A stretch of DNA of 63,903 bases, counting the filler, from Reclinomonas americana ATCC 50394 (lineage: Eukaryota): NCBI GenBank assembly GCA_048213135.1. It is 5 parts of 2 records of this genome, joined end to end, with 100 filler letters (N's around TTAATTAATTAA, not from the genome) between each part and the next. Parts side by side here need not be neighbours in the genome. Positions count along the whole stretch, not along the records: positions 15,522 to 43,388 come from PS015034.1; 4 more parts are not named here. The stretch is one strand, 5' to 3'. Shown in pieces: positions 30,401 to 42,800 of the stretch; the stretch's first letter is position 1, and the number at the start of each line of letters is the position of its first letter. Under the pieces are notes generated by a model. The model was not told where the DNA came from and ran no database searches. It worked only from the letters and a program-made list of their open reading frames with translations. Both the position numbers and the translations under genes were made by a program.

Positions 30401-31928
30401 GAGCCCGACTGCGGCCGCCCACTCGCCGGCGGCAGCATATTCGCCGGGTTGTACTCGACCTTGTCCGACGTCACCTGATCGCCCTCCAGATACACCCTCC
30501 CGAGATCGCCCACACAGTCGAGATAAATCTCCAAAAACGACACATGCACCGAGATGTTGCTAAAGTTCCTCCGCCGCTCAATCAGGTTGTACAGATACTC
30601 AATGGCACGCGGCAGCAGACCGCGCTCCTGACCGGCGCGACCAAACACGCTGTAGGTCTTGCCGGAGCCCGTCTGTCCGTACGCAAAGATGCAGGCGTTG
30701 AAGCCGTTCATGACGTGGTCGACGAGTGGGCGGCACGTCTGAAGGGGGAAGGAGAAGGGAGAATGGAGAAAGGAGGGTGAAGGGAGAAGGAGGGAGTGGG
30801 GAGATGGGAAGGGAGTGAGTGATTGCCGGCAAGTGAATGATGAAGATGGTGAGAAGGGGCAGGGTGTGAGCTAGTGCGTGGAACATGAGTGACTGGACGA
30901 CTGGAGAAGGAAACGCGAAGGGAAGGGAGGGAGGGTGAGTGAATGATAGACGGCAAGTGAATGATGAAGATGGAGAGTGAAGGGAGAAGGGAGAGCGAGA
31001 AGAAAGGCGAAGGAGAAGGGATAGAAGTGAGGAGGGTGACGGGAGAAGGAGGGAGTGGGGAGATGGGAAGGGAGTGAGTGATTGCCGGCAAGTGAATGAT
31101 GAAGATGGTGAGAAGGGGCAGGGTGTGAGCTTGTGCGTGTATCATGAGTGATTGATAGTGCGTGGATCATGAGAGGAAACGTGAAGGGAAGGGAGAGAGG
31201 GTGAGTGAATGATAGACGGCAAGTGAATGATAGGATGGAGAGTGAAGGGAGAAGGGAGAGCGAGAAGAAAGGCGAAGGAGAAGGAATAGAAGTGCGGAGG
31301 GTGAAGGGAGAAGGAGGGGGAGTGGGGGGAAGGGAAGGGAGTGAGTGATTGACAGTCAGTGGATGACTAAGAAGTGAAGGGAGAAGGGAGATAACGAGTG
31401 ATGAGTGGGCGTTTCGACAGTGAGCGACTGCGTGATTGTTGTGCATAGTGTGACAGCTCTCTCTCTGTGTGTGTGTGTGTGTGTAGTAAACGAGAGCGAG
31501 TGACAGACAAAGTGCGAGTCTGAGGTCTACAGAATGAATAAATGACTGACGAGTGTGCATATGAGTGCATGAACGTGTCCAACGTACCATCTCAAACACC
31601 TCCTCCTGCGTGGTCGCCGGTGCAAACACTGCATCAAACATGAAATCTCGCTCCTGTCGATCACCGCCTCTCTGCGACGTCTCCGGATCCGCCAACGTAA
31701 TCACCCGCGCATTCTCCTCGCTGATTGTCACAATAACCTCACGTTTCGACTATACACAATGAAAGAGAGAGAGAGAGTGAGCACGCCCAACTGCAAACGC
31801 CTCTCTCTCTCTCACACAAAGTGAGACACACACTCAACATCCGCTGGTGGTCGCGCACGAATAAACACATTGACATTGGCGTTCTCTGCAGAGACACCGT
31901 CGCCACTGGCACCAGCAGAGGACGCCAT
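27443..31928 (-). CDS. N-terminal-motor kinesin with coiled-coil tail
   Basis: NVNVFIRARP, FMFDAVF, GFNACIFAYGQTGSGKT, SFLEIY, NEYSSRSH, LVDLAGSER, INKSLSALGNVI and [20 protein letters not shown], followed by coiled-coil exons; the 3' end is approximate. Confidence 0.92.
30760..31400. repeat. Purine-rich intronic tandem duplication (period about 260 bp)
   Basis: The block gggagaaggagggagtggggagatgggaagggagtgagtgattgccggcaagtgaatgatgaagatggtgagaaggggcagggtgtgagct occurs at about 30782 and about 31041, with further partial copies. Confidence 0.85.
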
Positions 31929-31992
31929 CACACACGCTCTCAGTCACACGGCAAAACGACGCGCGAGTATCTGTCTCTCATTGTCTCTCGCA

Positions 31993-32103
31993 ATGGCGTC
32001 GGCGGGAGCGCGTGACTTGGAGAGCGCGCTTCCTCGTGAGCGACTGCAGCGGCTTCTGGATGAAGTCGATGCCACGTTTACACTGGACCCGGAAGTGGAG
32101 GAA
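31993..32103 (+). CDS. TAF12: TFIID subunit TAF12 (histone fold), first exon; the rest lies in a gap, with a probable 3' end in the inverted contig at 33231-33374 (-)
   Basis: MASAGARDLESALPRERLQRLLDEVDATFTLDPEVEE matches the TAF12 helix-1 pattern (LQ.LV.EVD...LD.DVEE); GTGCGT donor at 32104. Confidence 0.7.
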
Positions 32104-32156
32104 GTGCGTGTGTGTCTGACAATGTGTGACAATGAGGAAGAGTGCGCGCGCGTGTT

Positions 32157-32197
<41 letters not shown>

Positions 32198-32610
32198 NNN
32201 NNNNNNNNNNNNNNNNNNNNNNNNNNNNNNNNNNNNNNNNNNNNNNNNNNNNNNNNNNNNNNNNNNNNNNNNNNNNNNNNNNNNNNNNNNNNNNNNNNNN
32301 NNNNNNNNNNNNNNNNNNNNNNNNNNNNNNNNNNNNNNNNNNNNNNNNNNNNNNNNNNNNNNNNNNNNNNNNNNNNNNNNNNNNNNNNNNNNNNNNNNNN
32401 NNNNNNNNNNNNNNNNNNNNNNNNNNNNNNNNNNNNNNNNNNNNNNNNNNNNNNNNNNNNNNNNNNNNNNNNNNNNNNNNNNNNNNNNNNNNNNNNNNNN
32501 NNNNNNNNNNNNNNNNNNNNNNNNNNNNNNNNNNNNNNNNNNNNNNNNNNNNNNNNNNNNNNNNNNNNNNNNNNNNNNNNNNNNNNNNNNNNNNNNNNNN
32601 NNNNNNNNNN

Positions 32611-35600
32611 AGCGACGACGGCAGTGTGCGCTTCTGGTCGGTGCGCACCGGAGTGCTGTTTGCGCAACGCAACCACGCCGACGACGGTCCAGTGACGGGT
32701 CTCCACGTGACGAGCAGTGCGGCGGAGACCATTGTCGGCTGCTTTGCACACACCGGCATGGTGCGAGTGTGGACCATTCGACCCTCGCCGTTGCCGGCGT
32801 CGTCGTACATGGGCGACAAGCCGGTGGTCGAGGAACTGTTATGCGTCAACAGTGGCCTCACCCGAGTGCGCTCCTCGTGCCTCACTCGCGACGGCTGGCG
32901 CCTGATTTTGAGCGCCGACAACGGCAGCGTGGTAGCCGTTGCGCTGGCCACCGGCCAGTGCGCGCAAGTGCAGGCCAGCACGCACGACGACGACGACGAT
33001 TTTGACGAAGCAAGAATGTGCAGCCTGCTCGCCCCGCTGCCGGCCTCCGTGCGCGCCGTGCTGCACGTGGCACCGCACTCGACCCAGTGCGTGTCACTGA
33101 TGGAGGCCCCGCGAGACTCGGGCGCCCCGCCGCACCACTTGCATGTTTAGCAAACTGTGTAAAACTGTATAACAACAAGTCATCATCGATTGCATTGCGT
33201 CCACACTCTGTCATAGTCAGCCACGCCCTCTCACGGCCGTGGACTCTTCTTCGCCGCCACAGCCTGCTGTGGTGGCATACCCAGAGTCATTCCTGCAGCC
33301 GCCCCTGCCGCTGGTGCACTTGCCGCTGCAGCAGCCGCAGCCGCAGCAGCCGCAGCTCCCGACGACGATGACGANNNNNNNNNNNNNNNNNNNNNNNNNN
33401 NNNNNNNNNGCCGACGGCCACCCGCAGTTGCGAGTCAATGGCCACGGCTCGCACATCGGCGTCGGTGTCGCGAGCCTGCAGGCGGCGAATCACTTGTCCA
33501 CTGTCCAGGGCCCACACCCGCGCGAGACCGGCACATTCGCCCGTCACGCACAACACGCCGTCGCTCGACAGGACCCACACGGGCCGGACGGCGTTTAACC
33601 GTCGCAGCTCCACACCGGTGGCGGTGGACCACAGGCGAATGGTGCCGTCTGCGATAAAGAGTCAGCGCGAAAAAATAGCAGATAGAGAGAGACACAAACG
33701 TACCGAGGCTGCTCGTGAGAGCACGCGCGCCATCGTCACCCAACGTCAGCATCGACGTAATGGCCGCTGCGTGGCCGCGTAGTTCGCAGACGCGCGCCAG
33801 CCCATCATCGCCGTGGAGAGCCAGCACTTCGACACCGCCGTCCGGTCGATCAACGAGCACATAGTCGCCGAGTGGACTCACCGCCACGCAGGAGGCACCC
33901 GTGGCGGTGAGAGATGCCCACGGCAGTGAGCACGGTGGCGGCATGCGAACAAAATGTCGATTGCAGGCACGCTGGAGCACTGTGTACGTGGGATAAAAAA
34001 CGTGAGCGTGGCGGGACAAGGGGGGATGTTCAAAGCACACAGCCTCCTCACCCATCGTGACATTGACACGACATGTCGCTAATCTGGGATCCTCAGTGGC
34101 GGCCACGTGTGCCAGTGCATCGGCAAATACCGCGCGCTGACACCGATCTACCAAAAACGCCATCACACCGACCTGCAGCGATGCATTTTCAGAATATATA
34201 AAGGCCCTGAACGGGAACAACAAAAGAGCAGTACCTGACGATCGAGAGAGCACCGGCCGAGAGACGACGCTGCAAGCACCTCCACTCCCCACTCTGCATC
34301 TCCAGTCTGACGCAAGAGAGAAGGAAGTGTGAGCAGGACACCGCAATCAAGACGGCGGAGTCAGAGACGCAACTGCGCGTCCAGCAACAGCCTCACTCCA
34401 CGATTCGACGGCAACCTCGCAGTGGCGGGCGGCAAAGTACTCAAAGAATGTGCGGTGGATGAACGATAACGGCGTGTCGCCGCCGCCCGCCGTTAATAGA
34501 GCCTGCGTGACAAGGGAAGTCAGGAAACCCCACAAGAGCCATTCATCATGAGCACCAGAGTGTGTACGCACCGCACGACGGAGCACGGCCATTTCGTCCT
34601 CGTCGAATCCGCTTAACGCACGCGACCAAATGTGCTGACACTTGCGTAACCGCCGCGCGCACTGTTGGAGGAGGCTGCGTCTCGCCAGTGTCGTCTGTCG
34701 CACGCTCTCCGGCAGCAAGTCCGACGGTAATGCCAGCTGTGTTGCACGAGTAAGGCAGCTGAGAAGCACATCACCCTGTCGCTCCCTCTCACCTTCTCCT
34801 CGCAGTCACGCAGCTGGAGCGAAATGGCAATGGCCTTGTCGTCACTCTGTGTGCGCCACAGCATGTCAGTACACAGAAGAAGAAAGGAGCACAAAGGTGG
34901 TGGCAACAAGAGAAACGCAACCATGTGGGGCACCGACACGAGTCCAGCCTCCAGCATGTCGCCGGCCACGGCCGTCGAAAACGCCAACACCATGGTTTTG
35001 AGGTCGGCGACGGGGTGCGGGAATCGCTTCGCAAAGTCGTACTCGTCCAGCTCCCGGTCGAGCCACCAATCGAGAAAGTGATCAAACACCTCCGCTCGCG
35101 TGATGCTCGTCCCTGGCGTGTGGCGACGCACAATGCGCATGAGTGCGCGCGTGATCATTTGGAGCAGGAACGGCTGCACAGCAAAGTAGAGTGAGTACTG
35201 GTGTACACCGATGCGACACCAAGACGGGAGGCGACACCACCCACCGAGTCAATCAGCATGCCGAGACCAGGCACCTGAAACACGCGCTCCCCATAGTCGT
35301 GCCACTGGAGGATTTTCTCGCGTTCCGCAAACCTGCAATGGGCATTGGATGAGGTGCTGCACCACTGTACATACACGCAACAGGGCATCACCACTGCCCA
35401 CCGATGGTGAAACAGCGCAATCTCCTCCTCGACCACCGGCCGCAACACACACTGCCGCAACACAAACGGCGACGGCGGCGCAAAGTACGGCTCCCACCGG
35501 TCGCCAATCACGCTTTGCACGTACTCGCGTCGACATGTGATGACCAGCGTGGTATCCCAAGCCTTGTGGAGCGTGTCAGAACCACGGGCAAAGGAGCAAG

Positions 35601-36567
35601 GGAGAGAGAGAGGCAATCACCTGCAGCGAGTGATGCGTGTACAGATTGACGTGCTCATCGTCGCCATACTCCACCTCGTCGTAGCCGTCCAGCACCAGCA
35701 CAAACCGCCACGCGCGTTGCAGCAGAGGCAGCTCACTCCTGGTGAATCCCGCTTGCACCAGCAGCCACGGCATGAGCGCGCCGGGCGTCATGACAAACTC
35801 GCGCGGAATGTGTCCGATCCGCGCATACAGAGGCACGACCGACAGCTGCCGTGTGCCCTCGCCTCCGCGAAAGTCAAAGTCCGCCCACGTCCGCGTCACC
35901 AGCTCACACGCCAACTCGCTCTTCCCGCTGCCAGTCCACCCGAGAACGAGAAGCACCTGCAGAGAGCGAAGAGTGAGCGAGCGTTGCGTTGCTGTTGTCC
36001 ACAAAAGAGACACACCTTCTCCGTGTCACGATGCGCCACAAACTCATGCAGTAACCGCTGCGCAGTGCACTCATCACGCTCACACAAGCAGTCCTCCACC
36101 GAGCGAAACGCACGCACGCCCACCTGTACAAATCATCAGACAAAGTAGACACGATCCGAGAGGCTCGGAACACCACACAAGTCAGCACGCAACAGAGCCC
36201 GTGCTCTGCTGCCACGCGACAACGGCATTGGAGACGGCCTCGGCTCTTCTCCCCAGCATCCATCGATCACACATGGCCATCAGCTTGGTCTCCACTAACA
36301 ACTGTCGTCGATGCTCATCATCATCCTCCTCTCCAGCAACAACAACAACATCATCATCATCATCANNNNNNNNNNNNNNNNNNNNTCGTCGTCGACATGC
36401 ATCAATCCCTGCCATGAAGATCCCGAGTGTCGCTGCTGCTCTTGTCGCTCAATGACGACATCATCATTCCCATGCTCTTCATCACCACCACCACTGTCAT
36501 CATAATCATTGTCGCTGCCACTCAAGTCGAGCTGAATACATGAGAGCATCCATCGACGAGAGTGCAT
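32611..36567 (-). CDS. NACHT (STAND) NTPase with C-terminal WD40 repeats; the last WD40 part (32611-33150) is on an inverted contig
   Basis: Walker A LVLGWTGSGKS, Walker B FVLVLDGYDEV, sensor LVITCR, PFLLQM, and FIHRTFFEYFAA (winged-helix motif); WD repeats GHAAAITS...DGTIRLW, ARVWAL and VAVG|SDDGSVRFWS. Confidence 0.82.
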
Positions 36568-36670
36568 GGCGCGCGCGCGTGTGATTGATTGCGTGACAGA
36601 GAGAGAGGCGCGCGGAATTTCATTGATGTGACGGTTTCGTTTTTTTCGCGCGTTGCGTGGAGAGAAGTGG

Positions 36671-39600
36671 ATGTTGTTTGTCGATGAGGAGTTCCCGGCG
36701 ACGAGTGCGTCGCTGCTGGGCCCGCTTGTCAGCGAGCATCGCGTGGTGTCTGCTGGTGTGACGCGCGTGCCTGTTCGCTCCTGTATCTTCTGTTCCGAGT
36801 GTGACAAGTCGTGCACACAGTGAGTGCGTGGCGGCGTGTGAGTGAGGCTGGGTTTCCGGTGACGAGTGGTGTGCGGCCGCAGCTGTTCACGGGCTTGCCG
36901 AATGCGGTGCGACAGGGATCGCATCGTGATTGCTTTCTGTTGTCCGCTTGCGCGGGTGAGTGTCGCTGTTTCTCGCACATCGATGTGTGTGTTGGTGCTG
37001 ACCGTGGTCCAGTGCTGGCCGCGCATCCGGAGCGCTTGCAGCAGCTGTTTGTCACGCGCGAGTTCAACGAAGAGGGGCGGTGAGGATGTCTTGCTATTTT
37101 CGCTTTTCTCACACACACACACACACACTGATCACGCCACCGCACTGCAGGTATGAGCTGCGGTTTTTCCGTGATGAAGAGTGGCGATCTGTGGTGGTCG
37201 ATGATCACATTCCGTGTGACAAGGACGGGCAGCCGGTGTTTGCGTCGAGTGGAAATGGTTGGTGGCGCACGACGCGCGCGATCTCATTGCTTGTGTGTGG
37301 TCAGTCGCTGATCGTGATTTTGGCGTGCAGCGGGTGAGTTCTGGATCTGCATCCTCGAAAAAGCGTATGCAAAGAGCTACGGTAGCTATGCGGCATTGGA
37401 GTTGCGCTCTCCCGCTCGCTGCATGCGGTACCCACCACGATCTGATTGCTGATCTTGCGGCAGTGGCGGCAACGTGTCGGAGACGCTGTACGACCTCACC
37501 GGCTGCCCGGTGAACGACATCAATCTGCACGCCGACGACATACAAGAGAGCATCAGCAGTCGGGCGCTGTGGCGAGACATGTGCTTGTGGCTGGTCAACG
37601 AGTTGCGTGTTGTTGATGGTGAATCGTCGCTCGGCTCCGGTTGCTCATCCCGGAGCGCAGCTGCATCATGGGTTGCGCGTTCACGTGTCCCGACGAGCAG
37701 GCTGTACCACACACTGAGTATCATGGCATCATCCAGAATCAGTTGCGTGCTGTCCGCAAGCATGCAAGTCTTTCTGTGCAGTTCCCTCACCGCGCGCGCT
37801 GGTGGCAGTGCGTACGGAGTGCTTGCGGCACGAGAAGTCGGTGCGGAGCAGGTGGTGCTGGTGAAGAACCCGTGGGTCTACGAGGCCACATGGGATCAGA
37901 GTGCCAAGTTGGCGCGCAAGTTGGGGGTGCGCTGCGTCACTCGCGTGGTGTAGAAGAACTCCTAAGCGCCTCCTCATGCACGCACGCCACAGCTTGACAT
38001 CCCCGAAGACGGTACCTTTTGGATGCCGTTCCAGACCTTCTGCAAGTTGTGTGTCTCCTCACGCCTGTCAGGCACAGTCTGGGGTGCTGATAGGCGCGCG
38101 CCCGCAGGTTATTCAACCGACTCTACACGTGCCACTTGCTGGACGACGGAGCGCAACGGGGAGAAAAGAAAATGGTAGCGCGGTCGGAGGGTGTGTGGTT
38201 GTGCGACTCTGACAAGTGACGTGCGTCGTGCAGGGAGAGTGGAAGGGCGAGACCGCCGGCGGCTGCTCTGATTTCGTGACCTGGCGTCGCAATCCGGCGT
38301 TCCAGCTGACGGCGCGAGATGACGGTGGGCAAACTTGCCGCGTGTGTGTCTCTCTGATGTGTCCCTCACATACTGTATTCCACGCCAGTGGAGGTGTTCG
38401 TCACGCTGTCACAGCCGAACCAGCGCGGCCGGCTGACGGACATTTCGTACCACCCCATCGGCCTCACGGTGGTGCAGATGAAGGGTTCGTCTGTTGCCCG
38501 ACAGAGAGCGCTGATGCAGGAGAGCTGACTCGTCCCTTCGTAGCCGGTATCGCGCCACAGTGTTTGACAGTCGACAATTACACCAAGCTGCTCCGCACAC
38601 GTTTCTGGAACAAGCGAGAAGGTGCAGCAATACTACTTGAGCACATGTGACTGCCTAGCGTGACTCACTGCTGCTGTATTCTGCTCGCAGTGTCGGTGTG
38701 CGTTCGCTTGCCGGCTGTCGACACGTCGGTGGTGGTGGTTCCGTCCACGTATGCCGCCGGCGTCGAAACACCCTTCTGCATCACCTTCCGCACCGCTCGC
38801 GGTCGACTGAGTGTGGATGAGATCGAGCGCACGGCGTTTGTGAAGCAGACCCTCCGCGGAACATTCAAACTAACGGCACCGCAGTACGTGCTGCGGCCTT
38901 CCGCACCCCCTGTCCACGCTTTTGTCTTCCTGCGTCAAATAGCGGCGACCGGTGGCAAGCGAGCACCTGCTGCTGCTGCTGCTTCACCGGCACTGTCGGC
39001 CTCCCCTCGATTGGCTGCTGTGGCCACCAGTGCGCGTGGCACTGCCTCACCCGTAACGTTTCGTTTGCATATCCTCTTCTTGTTCCTCTTGTTCTCTTTC
39101 TTTGCTGACGATGCCTTGTTGGTGTGTGCAGCCGTCGCGCCGGTCTCGCCGCACCATCAGCAGCCTCGGGCAGCCGCTCACGCTCGAGCAGTCCACCGGT
39201 GGTGCGTCGGCGAGCTGCAGCGCCTCCATCGGCAGCCGCATCGCGCGCCTCGCCATCGACGACCTCCACATCGCAAGCCTCGGCCTCTAGCACTCGACGC
39301 GCCGCCGCCCCCTCTCTCGCGACAAAGGATCCCGTGACACCCACAGTCACTGGCGCTCCGCTCGGCATTGCGATTCGTGTGGTCCCCGGTCGCTCGTACT
39401 ACGACCCTGCTGGCGCCGGCGCTGGCGTTGGCGTCGGCGACGACGACGGCGGCAGTCCGCAGCAGCTGTCTGCCTTGGACCCCGACGGCGCCTCGCACAC
39501 TGACCTGTTCGAGGTGTCTCGAAGCATCGTGCTTGCCAGCACGGACCCGTGCACGCTGCTGGTCAGTGCCATGGTCCCCGCGCGACGGAGGGGTTCGGTA

Positions 39601-39798
39601 GCTGGCGAGTTTGAGCTTGAAGTGTGGATGCCGTGCGAGTTCTCGTTGCAGCTGGCTGAGCAACCTCCAAGGCCAGCAGCAGTGCCAGCGGCAGCAAGCA
39701 CCGGCAAAAAAGCGCCGTCAGCACGTTCAGCGCCCCTCAATATGAGGGTGGCCCATCGGCGAGTGCAAACGTTAGGCGCCATGTACGCAGATTTGTAA
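36671..39798 (+). CDS. Calpain-family cysteine protease (CysPc plus domain III) with intact catalytic triad
   Basis: FVDEEFP, QGSHRDCFLLSA (Cys), WRSVVVDDHIP, FWICILEKAYAK, NHAY (His), VKNPW (Asn), DGTFWMPF, GEWKGETAGGC...NPAF and VVPSTY. Confidence 0.9.
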
Positions 39799-39862
39799 AA
39801 CGCAGCGAGTTGTCCTTCACGCCCGTGAGTGTTCCTGTCTTTTAGAGGAGAGAGCACACCGC

Positions 39863-42800
39863 ATGTCGGTGCACCCCTCACTGTCGTCACTGACGACCAC
39901 ATGTGCGAGTTTGCAGCGTCAGCTCGACAAGTGGCCACAGTCGTGTGATGCTGTGTTGGCACTGCTCACCGAGTCCACACGCTCGCTGCTGCTGTCGCAT
40001 GGTGCGCGCACTGCAACACACACACACACACACACACACGTACACACGCACACCATACACCTCGCTCACACTCTCATGTGTCACAGGCGCACCGAGCTCG
40101 TCGACTCAGCGATTGGCGCGGGAAGCCGGCTTGCCTCGCGCACTGGGGCGCTTCCTCTCTCTGACCAGTGGTGGTGCGACGGATGAGGTGCTTGAGCAGG
40201 CGCAGGGTAATGCCATTCGCGCGCTCAGTTTGCTCTTTGGTGACGGTGCGTGTGCTCCTCACGCACGCACACCCACATTTGCGCGCGATTGTTGACGACG
40301 ATGTGTGCATGCAGATGACCCTGCGGCGCTGCAATCGTTTGTCGAGGAGGATGCAGACACAGGCTACATCGTGCTGGACGGCTTGGTCCACGCGCTGCAG
40401 ACATCGGCGGTGGCAATCAATGTGGTGCACTTGCTGTCCAACTGGGCCGACGGTAAGCGTGTGTGTCATACACAGAAAAAGAGTTGTCGCCGTGGCCGCT
40501 CACATGCTTGTGTGTCGAGACAGTTGAGGGTAAGCTGCTGGGCATGTTGGGAGCTCGCAGGGCGGCGACGCCGCTGCTCCGGTTGCTTGTGGAACCACGC
40601 GATGAGGCGATTGTGTGTCGGGTTGCTCCACTCTTGGCGTTCGTGTGCCCGCCCACGTCAGCATCCGAGGAAGCCAGGCAGGTGGTCGATGCGCTGGGCC
40701 GGCTCATCGATCCCGATAATGGTGCTGGTCTCTCAAAGCCGGCGGTGGTGGCCGTGGTGCGAGCCATTCGAGACATGGCTTTCCGTTTCGTGATCTCGCG
40801 ANNNNNNNNNNNNNNNNNNNNTTGTATGGCAGTGTGATCCGCACACCGTCTGACTTTGTCGTCTCCCGCTGCAGGGCATTCTGCCGTGCGAGGTCGCTCG
40901 CTTCGACAGCTGCTACTGACCAGCAGGGTTCATGTGTCGCTGTCGAAGGCATTATTGCAGCGAGACGATGATGTCCGTGCGGACATGATTGCCGCCATTG
41001 CCTGGATCATTGCTGGTGGGCGTGTCTCTCTCTCTCTCTCGGTCTCACTTGCCGATGTCTCAGTGTCTGAGGCACGTGTTTGTTGCCATTACTCCACAGA
41101 TGATGCCACAGATGACGAGCACCCGCCCGAGGACCTATTCAGCATTCCACTGGTGAAGTGCGCCAGCGACATTCTGCTCTCCAGTGGGCGCCCATCTGCG
41201 GATTGGTACCGACAACATGCGGCGTTGTTTGTGGCCAACCTNNNNNNNNNNNNNNNNNNNNCTGCAATCACGGTATGCAGTTGGGGTGCGCGTGTCGGGT
41301 CATAGTGTGCTGCAGTGTGCTCATGCCACGCATGGTGAACAAACAAACAGCACGGGGTCGCCGCTTCATGGCCGAGTCCAACAGCATCCCTCCCCTGATG
41401 AAAATCATGAGAACGGTGTGCGAACTGCCTGGCAACGCATGCGTCAAACAGTACTGTGCGCTGGCGATCGGACGCATGTGCAACGGTTGTCCGCCTGCAC
41501 GGAACGCCGTTCGCGAGGCCGGTGGTGAACAGCTGTTGCAGCAGCTGCAGGATGCACCGGCCGGTGCCCAGGTGGCGGAAGCAGCTGCTGTCGCACTGAC
41601 ACTGCTGCGCGCGAACACGAACGCGGATGAGAGTGTGACACCAGGTGAGTTGGACGCGCATGTTGGGGCGCGCAATGCGCCTAATCCTGGTCGTGCAGCT
41701 TCGCAGACGACAGTGCCAGCGGCCGCCGCGGCGGCTCCAGCACCAACGCAAGCGCAGAAAGGCAAATTCGGGTTTGGTGGCGCTAGTTGCGTTGGCCATG
41801 TTCGCGATATGTGATGCAAGCGTTGTAAGCTGACTTCATGTCGATGATGTTGCTGTAGAACCGCTTGGAACAGGTGAGTCTGAGATGGGGCGGGAGGATA
41901 TAGGTTTTTGTCTCCTATGTTTCTAACTCGAAGTTGTGCATGTCAGTGGCACCCACTGCAGCGGCATCTGTGGCAACAGCAGCGACTCCGGTGCCTGCAG
42001 CAACCGCACCGGCAGCAGCAGGACCTTCTGCTGTACCTCCTCCAGCAGATGCACCGAAACGAACATTCGGCTTTGGTGGCATAAGTTGCGTCATTTGTGC
42101 TCGTGAAAACGCCGTGCTCGGTGCTGACAGGTGCGCGCTGTTTTACAGAGGCTGCTGCGCCAGGTGAGTCGGATGTGTGTGTATGCCATCAGTGCCTCTG
42201 TCGCGCAGTGTGTCTGACATGGACTTCAACAGCAACTGTCGCGCCAGCAGGAGCAGTGGCAGCAGCAGCACCTGCGACAGCAGCAGCAACTCCGCCAACA
42301 AGTGCACCGAAACCAGCTTTCGGGTTCGGTGGAAGTTGCGTTGATTGATGTGTGCAAGTTGTCTGTTGATTTGTGCTGAGTGCATGTCTGCGGCGTTGGT
42401 GTTGTGCAGAGTTGGGGACGGCAGGTGAGTCGGACACGTGTGTGACTGTCGCTGTGTAGCGTGTCTGACTTGGACTTGTGTAGCACCTGTCGCACCAGCA
42501 GCAGCACCAGCAGCCCCAGCACCAGCTCCGGAAGCAGGAGGTGCGGCTGCGGCCACTCCACCAGCAGCGGCACCAAAGCCAGCTTTTGGGTTTGCTGGAA
42601 GTTGCGTTGGTTGATTTGTGCAGGTTGATTTGGTGCACTTGCTGATTGTATGTCTGTGGGATTGTTGTCGCACAGAGCTCGGGATGGCAGGCGAGTCAAG
42701 TGCGTGTGTGTGATGGTCTCTTTGCTGCGTCTGACTTTGATTTTTAGCATCTGCACCACCAACGGCAGCCCCAGCAGCAGCACCAGCAGCGGCAGCAGGG

